DNA of 64,000 bases from Glaucostegus cemiculus. Taxonomy: Eukaryota. Positions 27,001 to 39,000 of this stretch are shown piece by piece. The translations under genes were made by a program, and so were the position numbers. Every line of letters starts with the position of its first letter. The first letter of the stretch is position 1. The stretch covers positions 6,510,001 to 6,574,000 of the forward strand of contig CDPCPM010000017.1 in the NCBI GenBank assembly GCA_976551045.1, in the 5' to 3' direction. The notes beneath the pieces are model-generated. The model was not told the origin of the DNA, made no database searches, and saw nothing but the letters and a program-made list of their open reading frames with translations.

Positions 27001-30000
27001 GTCAAATGGTGCAGTGAGAATGGGCATGAGGATTATGAGTTTTTATTAGATTAAAAATAATATAGAGTTATTTTATTTGGATTAATACTTAAAAGACACA
27101 GATAAAAAATATTTGTTAATGAATTTGATTTGCAGAACACTACGCCAAACTGCACTGTTCCTTTCTAATGGATCCAGCAGGTGCCTTCTCAGTATGTCAC
27201 TCCACAGTGGATTACATGAAATATTACCAGGTAAGAATCCTGTATGAGAGTTAGTATTAGGGAAACAGCATAAAGTCAGAACATGCGAGTGTGAAACCAG
27301 TAATCAAACCCCAACTCCCTATACACCAGGAGTCCCATACCCACCCACCATCTGTCACTAAGCATCACTGGTCACAAAGGGAAAATAAAAGCCATCAGAA
27401 AAGAAAGATTCCAAACCAAATTTACAAATTAAACTTGGCAAAAGCCAACTACTTGTTTTTTTTATGTTCGTGCTTGGTGCTTGCCTTTTGTGCACCTTGG
27501 CTTATCCAAGTATTCCTGTGTGTATTATCATCTATGCCTCCAGCATGAATGGTGGAAGATTGCTTTACTTGCAATGCGAGAAGCTGCAGATGGTTTTGGA
27601 GGATGACCTAGTGGGATTCTGGGTTAGAGAAGCCAGGAAGCATTCTGTACCTTCAGCTTGGGCGAGAGTACTCCACCATGGCTGTCAACCAGCAACAGCA
27701 ATTACCATTTACTAGGAGGCTCAAGATGTGTTTCTTCATAAAATTTAGTTTATTTAGTGATCGCTATATTTATTTATCAACCAATGAGCAATAACGCAGC
27801 CGCAAGGAACAACAGTGAATCATTTATTAAGCACTGTTTTTGACACTTTTACGTGTATATGTGAATTGTACAGCAATGAGAACAGCGAGATTAATTAGGC
27901 TAACTTACATTTTTCCAGATGTGTGTGGCTGCGACCTGTGCCTGTGAGAATATCAACGACTGCCTGTGTGCAGGATTGGGGGCATATGCCCACGAGTGTG
28001 CTGCTAATGGTGTCGTCGTGAGAAACTGGAGAAGGGACATTTGCAGTACGTTACAGTGAAGATTCGGCACTTGTTCAGACAGTCTTAATGTCCCTAAACC
28101 TAATCTGGCCCCACTGAAGTTTATTTATTATCCCAGAAGTATTCTAATATTTGTCCTTAATCTTATTTGATTTCACCCAGAGTGTGCAAAAATCACCCAG
28201 TTTCTCCCCAGAAAGAATTCAAACAATGAGTTGGAAAAGAGAATGACATCCTCGAGTATGGGGAGCCAAGGGGCCTTGCAGACACTACTTACTTCTATGT
28301 CTGTGCTTAGTGCTCGCCTTTCAAGCACCTTGGCTTGTCCTCATACTTCTATGTGATAGATTTTGTAGATGGTAGACACTGTAGCCATCATGCACCATTT
28401 CTCTCTCTTATCAGGCAACTAGACTGTTAAGGTTCAGTTTGGCAGTACTAGCATTAAGTCAACTTATAGCAAGGCTAACATCACAATCTAAGTATTGCAA
28501 GTTCTATTACACTTTTAAAAATAGCAGATGGCTCAATGACACTCAAACATTTGCAGACACTGCAAGAAATCCTGTTCATATCAGCAGCTCCCAAATAATG
28601 GGTGCTACAGAGACCAATTTTGAGGCCTACACTTTGTGACATGATGTAAAGGATAATCTTTACAGCAAAGCATCATTCTTAATAAGGAAGGCTAAAATTA
28701 TAAGACGCATGCAATGACTGGATTTGGAAAGAAACTCTCTATCCTACCTATACCCATTTTCCAAATTATTAGCCCTATTGTGCCACATATCTACACTGTG
28801 TGCAAGTAGTAAAGGAACCGCACATCAAGATGATGATACAAAATGATTTTAAAACAATAAAAAAAATTAAAACAAATTCTTAAACTATAATGGACAAAAA
28901 TCCTTCAAAAAGACAAAGGCCAAGATTTCTTAAGATACCTTCTTTGCGTCAGTATTATACATATGTTTACTTAAATTATTATCAAATTCAAATATACTTG
29001 TAAAGTTTCATAAACATCATATTATATCTAGAAAGAATGCAGTGGAGAACTCAAGTGCAATGGGATAATTTGGCCTCAAAAGTCATAACCTTTAGAAGCC
29101 AGCGCATACAATATGCAAAGTCCATTACTTCTTTTCAATGATCTTTAGCTGGATGATTGCTTAACTATTATCTGGTTTTAGATATATCATGCAGTAGCTC
29201 TCAGGTTTACCAGAATGACATGAGAGCCTGCAACCGGACCTGCAGGTCACTATCAGAATATGATTACACCTGCGAAATTAAGGATGTTCCAGTTTATGGA
29301 TGTGGCTGTTCTGAACATAAGTATATGGATGAAAATGGATTGTGTGTGGAACAGCCAGACTGTTTGTGCTATTATGAAGGGAGACTTATAGAAAAAGGAC
29401 AGAGTGTTAGGAAAAGTGGCAGCCTCTGGTAAGCATTTTCTAATTATTTAACAATTATGGAAAATAACCATTAAATACAGCTGAAGCTTAATTCAACTAT
29501 TATTTTATCTGCAGCATTTGCCAAAATGGAAATCTTCATTGCTTGAAAGCACCAGACCCAACACCTGCAGGTATCCAATGTTACATCATCTCTCTACTTC
29601 ATCAGTCACAACTTGTGTAACATACTAAATTAATGAACAACCATTTTACAAGTTCTTTTTAACTCTTGTTTTCTTTAGGATGCCAGAATGGGAAAGTAAT
29701 GTTTGACTGTATGAATGAAACTGTTTCTTCATCTGAAGACTTGTGTAAAAAGACATGTCGAACTCTAAACATTCCATGCGTAAGTGACTTTCACATGGAT
29801 AATTTACTGAACCTACTAAATTTATGAATGATTACACAAAATGTTTCACATTGGTCATTACAATTACATAAATTACTGTCGTAAAACAAAATTATGGTCA
29901 TCTTGTATTTTGTTCTGATGCCTCATGAATTCTAGCTTCATCAGAGAAGCTTATAACTAAAAGCTGTACAAGCCAAACATGATACAGGGCAACAATTTAT

Positions 30001-33000
30001 TCTATTAGCCACTGATATGGTTGTGAAAATACCTTCTTTCAACCAAACGCTCATTTTAATCTGTTATAACAGCAGAGTTCATGTGTCCATGAATGTGTCT
30101 GTCCCCATGGCCTTGTGGAAGATGACAGTGGAAACTGTATTGCACCTGAAAATTGCCCTTGTATATATCACGGTGAACTTTACAGTAATGGAAGAATGAT
30201 TCAAAGGGACTGCAATAAATGGTAAGATTACACAAACAGCAGAAGGATTGAAATCCATGTCACTTGCTGTATGTCACGACTCATCCTGGCTCTGCACTCT
30301 TCATATTGCAGCACATGCCAGGGAGGCTCATGGAGCTGTACCAATGAAACATGCCCAAAGACCTGTGAAGTTTATGGTGATGGCCACTATATAACCTTTG
30401 ATGGGAAAAGATACGTCTATGATGGAAATTGTGAATATACTTTTGTTGAGGTACTTAAGATTCATAATGTTATTTACATAATTAACTAGGGGGATGACTT
30501 TATACACATCAGTGGAATTACTACCAAATGAGTAAACACTATCAAAATCAGTTCAGTTTCTATGATTTTCTTGAAGGACTAATAATGAGGATGCAAAAGA
30601 AGTTTCCATTAAAATTCTTGGAATTTAGAGAGCAGAAAATAATTCAAGTGATTTGTAGCATATTCTAATGAGATCACATTGCACATGACATGTGCACTTC
30701 GTTTATTTACACTGCATTAAAATTATTATACAAGCTAAGATACAAAGTAGAAAACAGATGATTTGGATGTTTTGGCAAGGCAACACATTTCTGTTGTATA
30801 AGGAAACATATGTAAAAGATACATGCGACAAATCACCTGGGGGAGGTAAAGCAAATATCTGTGCCAAGGCTGATTCACTGCTTGTTAGCAGTATAATGCT
30901 TCAAACTGAATATCAATACTAAAAATATAATTACTATTGAATCATGGTGCTAAGTAACTTGTGCCTTATCCACTTTTGATTGCTGCAATGAGAGACAGTT
31001 AATAGGCTTTTATGATTTATGAACATAGTTTCACCAGCTGCTGTGTGTGTCATGAGACTTTAGGCTAAAGGTCTAAATGCAAACTTCATTAGTCTCAGGC
31101 CCAATTAAGGGCATTGTTTTTTAATTCCTATTCTGGATTTATTGTTTTATTCTTAGGACCAATGTAATCGCCAAGAAGGCACTCTCCAAATTCTCACAGA
31201 GAGTGTTCCCTGCTGTGAAAGGGGAATGACGTGCTCAAGAAACATCAGAATATTACTTGAGGTGTTATTTCTCTTTCTCTATGATCATACATTTTCTGAA
31301 TTGGAACAATTTTTTTAAAAAAAATCTTACAATACTTGAACTTGAACCATACATCACTGGACACTGATATTGTATTCTTTTTTACAGGGTAAAGAATTTG
31401 TTCTCACTGATAACCGAGTGGTGACAGCTGAGAAGTTTACAAATCAAACCCAGTGCACAGTCAATTCTTACTCACTCCACACTGTTGGACTCTATTTAAT
31501 CCTCACCTTTTCCAATGGGATCACTGTGATATGGGATAAAAACACAAGACTTTCAATCACACTGGACTCGAGATGGAAAGTAAGTATGGATTAAAAACTA
31601 AAATATTATTTTTTTGTTCTTGTTGATCATGGCAGGAAACAAACTGAGAAAATGAGTTGTTAAACTACCAAAGAATTTCCTCATAAGCACACTTTTCACT
31701 TGTGGGTTTCTATCCAGGATTATACTTTAAAACATTTTTTAAAAATGTCATTGAGAATTATGAACACATACGTTTCTGTAGACAATATAGAGAGAGAGGG
31801 AGGAAATTCCAATCATTTGTTTTTGAAATCAAGATACTAAAATGCTCTTCAAGATCATCAGAAGACGATAGTTCACTCAGGACATTTAACACAGCTATAA
31901 TGATTATTTAACTAATGATCATCAACTTCCAACAATATATTTGCAAAGCCATTGTTACCACAAGCTTTCTCAATCACAATTGCCAAATTAACAACTAGCT
32001 AAAACTATAAATAAATGCCTACAGCAGCTAATCTGTACTATCGGAGAGATGTAAATAAATATGCAAAATGTTAATGGCCAGAATTTATTTTCATAACTTC
32101 ATATTTCTATTAAAGAATAAAGTGTGTGGTCTGTGTGGGAACTTCAACGATGATGTCTCAGATGATCTGACAACAAAAGGGAATTCCTTGGTGTCTAACA
32201 CGGTGGTGTTTGGAAACAGCTGGAAGTCCATGACCTGCTCAGATACAGTCAATCAAACATCGCCATGTGAGAGAAATCCATATTGTTTAACATGGGCTTT
32301 AAGGAAGTGTGACATAATTAAACACAACATGTTTCAATCATGCCACAGCAAGGTACGTCTGCTGAAAAAATCTGCATTATTTGAGATGGGGATCCAAGAA
32401 GATGATCTCAAACATTAATTCAAACATGGAGACAAAGTTCCTTTGAGATAGAGTTTTTTCATAAAGAAAGGGGAAAAAAGATGCACGTCTATTGATCTGT
32501 TCACATTGTCAGAACATCTTAAAGTATCGTAACATCTTTAAGAAGTACTTTAGAAGTATAGATCATGTTTGAATATAGGGAAATAGCTTTACTATTTATG
32601 TTCATCGTGATTAAACAGGAAGAAATAACTAACTACGAGGTCTTCTGTTTTCTTTAGTGATGTTGCTCGAAAAATAATTATAAGCTGGCACTCCAAGAGA
32701 ATCTTTTTTTCCAAATAATGCCAGCAGGTCTTTTATTTCCTCCCAAAAAGGAAGGCGGAGTCTGAATGTATATGTCAAGTCAAAGGGCTGGTTTACCAGC
32801 AGTGTAGTAGCACCACCTCACCACACAAGCACCCTCAACCCACATGCAAACATACATCCCTTCCCCTCCTATCCCCCAATACATAATCCCCATACCATCC
32901 CACAATAAAACACTGGAATTTCACCCAATCTTATGCACTCAAGAGACTGAAGTTGGTTTTGAACTTTTACTCACTGAGAGACAAGGCTATTTAACAATGA

Positions 33001-36000
33001 GATCAAACTGGCACCACACAAATAACGTTATCCATGTTTAATTGTATTTGTTCTTTAAAAAAAGATAAGCAGCATTTCTTTGGATTTTACCTCGTCGTCC
33101 TTTTAAATATTACAATTCTTATGCTTATTTGCCTGTTCAGGTTGATGCAACCCCATACTATGATGCTTGTATTGAGGAAGCTTGTGCCTGTGACTTGGAA
33201 GGGAGATACCTGGGATTCTGTACTGCTGTAGCAGTGTATGCAGAGGCTTGTAATAAGGCTGGTGTTTGTGTTGACTGGAGAACACCCGATCGATGTCGTA
33301 AGTCTGAAGTGTTGTTATAATAAAGGGGCCATTTTTCACATTTTTAAAAAATAACAGCTTAACTGCGAGCGAGTGTATCAGATGAGTTTTAGTACAATAG
33401 ATTATCTTAAAGTAATCAACTGTACTTGTTGGCTGCTCCAGCTTTTAAAAAAAATCTGTATGATTATGTTACATGACTTTATTAGATGGTTACATTTATA
33501 CTTTAATCAATTACTGGTGATAAAATATTAACCAGAAGGTATTTTATATTGCAGCTGTGTACTGTGACTATTATAACTCTCCTGGTGAATGCAGCTGGCA
33601 CTATAAACCATGTGGAACATTAACAGTGAGAACATGCTCCAACCACGAAATTAGAAAGAAGTATTCAGCAGTTCTTGAAGGTTATATACAAATTCTAACT
33701 TATTTGTTGTTCATCGTTTGTGTGTGAAGATATTTACTAAAATAATTTAAAAATATCTGAAGTTCAGAACACTTTGTCTCTTTTAAGTAATCACAACCCA
33801 GCTCCAAACGTAAAAAAACCTCGGACTAAACCAATAGAGCATTAAAGACGATTTATCGGGGCAAGACCTGCATTGCTGAGCAATCAGAAATTAATGAAAT
33901 TAGGGAGAGATCACTTAATCTGCAAGCCCTCAGGTAGTGTCCATTTTATGCAGCAAGTTATAAACTGTGGTGTAGGTGCCAGACTAGCAAGGCTCTTGGA
34001 CATATCTTGTAAATTCTTGAGGGAGTTCCTTAAAGGTCCTCACGTTGAATCCTGAGCTGATATTCATAACTGTCAGACATTGATTGATCTATCAATTTTC
34101 ATTGGGCACCAAGCAGAGACATTTGCAAAATCCTGGATATGGAACTACAGCAGGTATTGGCTGAAAGCTGAATATTTTTGCTCCCTTATAATTTTGTTTA
34201 AAAATCTTTGTTATTAGGGATTCCCAGAATATTTCTACATACAAATAAAACAAAATTTAGATGTAAACTGGTTCCATTTAAACTACTGAGGTCTAAACAA
34301 ATACCCGAGATGCCTATTTCTAACCAAGCAAGTTGCTCAAATAATCAAGTCTGTGTAAAACCAGAAAATGCAGGGATTACTCAGCAGGTCAGGCAACATC
34401 TGTGTTAAGAAAAGAGAGTTAAGTTTTTAGGTCAAAGATCCTTCATCAGAACTAGGAAGGAAACGAAAGAAGTCTGTTAAGCTACAAAGGGGAGAAGGTG
34501 TCTCTTATAGGGGAAAACCAAAGTGGCCACTGGGGTAAGCCACCCTCTCTGCAGTTTGACAAGTTTCTTTTGTCTCCTTCCCAGTTCTGACGAAGGGTCT
34601 TCGAGCTGATACGATAACTGTTCCTCTTCCCAAACATACAGCCTGGCCTGCTGAGTGTTTCCAGCATTTTCCATTTTAATTTTAGATTGCCAGCACCTGC
34701 AGTTTTTGATTTTCAATCAGATCCACATATCTTGCTGTTTTTCAAGATACGTATTCCACACCATCCCGTAGATGTGTAGTCTTTCTACAGGTTGTAGTAC
34801 CTTGAAAGTCTTTTTTCTCCATGTTTGAAATAATGAACTGAAGCTAATATTCTCTGGCTCTCTTGCAGAAAGATCAATGAAACCAGTTTTGAAAGATTTA
34901 TTTTATGTTTCAGTGGGGCTTTATGCCAAGGTTTTTAATTGCCATACTATGCATGATCAAGATTTTGACTGAAGGATCTTTTAGTGATACAAAACAATTA
35001 AATTTCCAGACATTTTTATCTGTCAATTATTTATCCATTTATAACTCTAACTAAGGCAAGGAAGAATTTCTTCTCTCATTGGACTGGAATTCTCTACTCT
35101 GGGTGATTTTTGGAGGCTGAATCTGAAATATATTCAAGCTGAGAGAAATAATTTCTTAAAATTTAGAGGAATTGAGAGTTTCAGGAAGGAAGGTGGAGTT
35201 GCAGCCAGGATCAAGTCAACTTTATTGAATGGTGGAACACGTTGGAGGGACCATATGGGCTGTGTGTGCTCCTGTATACTGAGGCAAATCCTGGCTTGTC
35301 TTGAGAACCGTGCATCTTATTTGGCACAATTAACTACCTTGTGGAGTAGGATCCTTCCATCTCAGAGAAACCAGAACATTAAAACAACCATTCAACAATT
35401 ATAGATGCAAAAAGATCAGTAACAGCAAACTAAATTAAAAGTGGCAGTACACGGATAAACAGCAGGAGGTACAGATCTGATCATTTGAGCAACTTGCTTG
35501 GTTAGAAGCAGAGGTCTTGGGAAACCTCAGTAGTTTGATGGAACTGGTATTTTTAAATTAGGATGTAACATAATCACTTATGATCTTTTAAAAGGGGTTC
35601 AGTCAGATTTAATAGCCGTCAATGCATACATCTCAAGCGGTCCAATTCTTTGTGTGTTGTGTGAAGGACTTTCCAAATGTTGGAATGATGTTAGAAAAGT
35701 TATGTCGGAAAATATTTGAGAACGATTCCAACTTTTTGAATATCATTTATGGCATCCAGTAGGAGCATTTAACTCATGTCTTTGACAGTCTCAGAGTGTG
35801 CTCAAGTACTTCACAGCCAAAAGATTACTTTTGAGCAAGAGCCACTGATGTACTACAAGAAACAGCAGCATATTTGCACAGCAAACTCCCACAAACAGCA
35901 ATGTGATAACAAGCAGAGAATTGGTTTCTTTGAATTTGATTGAGTTTAAAAATAAGTTCCATGCAATTAATAGATACAATTCAAACATAAAAGTACAAAA

Positions 36001-39000
36001 TCAAATCATAAAGGTACAGCAGGTCAGGCAGAATCTGATGGAGAAAAAGGTTCACAATTCAGTTCCTATCCTTTCCTCAACTTTGGTTCAAGTTTCTAAC
36101 ATTTACAAGTTTTTGTTTGCTTTTTGATATGATTGATTTGGGACAATGTAACAGGAGAGTTAGTGGATCATATAGACCTCGTTACTCTCTATTTAATGTA
36201 GGTTGTTATGCAAAATGCCCCGAGTCTCTTCCTTACCTGGATGAAAACAAAATGAAGTGTGTGAAGTTGTCCGAATGTTCTTGTTATTATAATGGGGAGA
36301 TACTGGAACCTGGTGAAAAAAGAAGTGACTGCAGAAACTGGTTAAGTATTAATTTACTGATATTTTGGGGAATAAATTAATATTTCTTATTAACAATAAT
36401 ACAATATTAGAACTGTAACAGACATAAATATAAATAAGAAGATGAAGTTTAGAACGGTTCAATATTTTAAGTTGCCAAACTTTATGAAGTGAAATGTCAG
36501 GGAAATAATTTATCAAACGCTCTTTACGAGGAAAATAATTTATCATATGCTCTTTATCTTCTAACTTGATTACATGAAGCAGCTTTAAAATAAGGCTTCA
36601 TACAGAAACAACAGTTTTTCTGAATATTGCCACATCCTTATATGGAAGTCCTATCAATGAACTCTGACCTATGGTAGGTACTACTGTTCCATACAAAGCA
36701 AGAAAGTTATTGTGCAAAGTCAAAGATGCTCCAGACAACGAGTAGTGAAGTTTTTATTTGTTATTTATATTTGTCTGAAAGCACCCATCTTCTCAAATGG
36801 AACCCTTGTTCCCAAGTGAGCCCTTGTATTTTCCTTCAAGAGGTTTTCTCAGTTGGGAGCAACAAACTCCAAATTATGGAAATATTTTAGCTTCTTAGTA
36901 ATTATTCTGCTGTTAATTTGTTGAAGCTGTAATCATGACACAAACCTTTTTCTGTTCCAGTATCTGCATTGAAGGAAACATGAACTGTACAGGTATTTTT
37001 TTTAAATAAGTGCAAGTGAAGTTAGAGTGGTTATACAATGATAATATTGTCCTTCAATCTGTTAATTGTTCTTAACCATACACAAGGAGATTGCTGACAC
37101 TGCACAGGGCTTAAGCTCTATGGGAAATCGTAAATCAACACAGTATTGTCGGTGTAACCACGGCTGATTCAGCAGGTTTAAGCAAAGAACAGGCAAGCTA
37201 TCGGGTTAAATTACCTAAATAGAAGTATCATGGCACTAAAGCAGGCTGCCCCACCCTTGGGAAAGAAAATTAGGATCCTCCTACAAACGTTGCTGGACCT
37301 GCTTGCATGTGCTTATACCAAGTATCCTCACTTGGTAAAAGCACATGCGGGTTTGCTCAGCAAACGTTTATGAGAGGATCTTCACTGACCAGTATTTCAT
37401 AAAATGCAAGTCTAACAACGTGTAGGAAACTTCAATGAGACAAAAGGGAATGGAAATATTGAACAACCTTTTTTCTTCCAAAGTCTGAAATATAAGAATT
37501 CTTAGCCCAGAACTAAGTGAAGGCACAGTGCTCACTATCTTTTCTATCCTATGTGTTTAAGGTGCCATGAATATCTGCATTTCAAGAGAGTTATATTTTT
37601 AGATGTAATGGCAGCAGAAGAGATTGTTCCATCTTGTACTTGGTCAGGTTTTTTTCCCCTGGGATGGCAAGTAAAATTACTGACTCCAGCTGGAAACTTC
37701 GGTCTGGTATCCTGTCTGGTGCCATGATGCAGTGACCCTTCCTGAAATGTACAGGTGTTCAGGTATTATTCTAAAACTAATGATCATCAAATGTCAGCTT
37801 AATGTTTAACTCTTACTTAGAGGCAGATGCAGCATTCCAATAAATAATAATTAACATGATTATATCTCCAAAACCACATCAATAAAATTGACTTATGTTG
37901 ACGTTACCTAGGCAGTGCAAACATTTTGGTCTACCTTTCCACCCCAACCAACACATACTGTAACACACCAAAGTGATACTGCAGCAAAACCTCAAATTCT
38001 GTTAAGATAATCTTCAGGATCAGCAAATAAACATTAGATTAATGATTTTATTTCTACTGGAACATCTCCAATCAACATGCAGCCCTGGGGTCAAACAATC
38101 CTTTCAATTAGAATTAATTTCAATACTGGGTGGTGGGAAGGTGGAATTAGCATTCTGGTTGAACTGATAAGGTCAACAGCAATGATATTGCACCATGTTT
38201 AAAAGCAAAAGTAAACAAAGAAATTGCCCTATTTCCAGCTTCAGTACAATTTTCAAGTGGGTATTTTGAGTGAGAGTATTTGTGAGACAACTTCAGTATG
38301 TTACAAACAATACAGGGAATTATGTAGAGTTGCCTTGACATCAAAAAGCAGGAAGTGTCAATAATTTTCATTCTGTAAACATGGATGAAATTAGGTGTGG
38401 CAACAATTTCAGCAGATAAACTCTTTGGCTGAAACTGGTGCAGAGACTAAGGGGCCAGGAGTTGGTAATCTACAAACACCTGAATTAGTTGACGTCCAGT
38501 GTGTTCACTCGACTGCTTCCTTATCATCTGGCAATCCATTGCAGATGCTCAGCATGACATAGCATTCATAAAAGGGAAATACAGTTGGTGGTCTTAAAGT
38601 GGTTAAATAGCATAATGATAACACATAATAGCCACACTCAGCCTCAATCAAAAGCTCAGATTAATAACTTTAATTAACAAATGCTATTTTATATCTCAAG
38701 ATTCTGATGGAACATAGCCTACTCTTGACCTATTAGAGTATCAAATAATGTAACATCAACACTTAGGCAATCTGTAATCCTGTTTTAAGAGGTGTTCAGT
38801 CTTATTCACAAAAATTATTGCTAATATTCTTGAAACCTTACTCTTGTAATCTTCAAAATTTAGTTACTTAAATACAAGTTTCATAATGCATAATAAAAAC
38901 AGGAAATGCTGAAAGTACTCCGTAGATCAGGTAGTATCTATGGAGAAAGAATAAGAGTTGATCTTGCATCAGGACTAGGTAGAGTTAGAAACAAACATAT

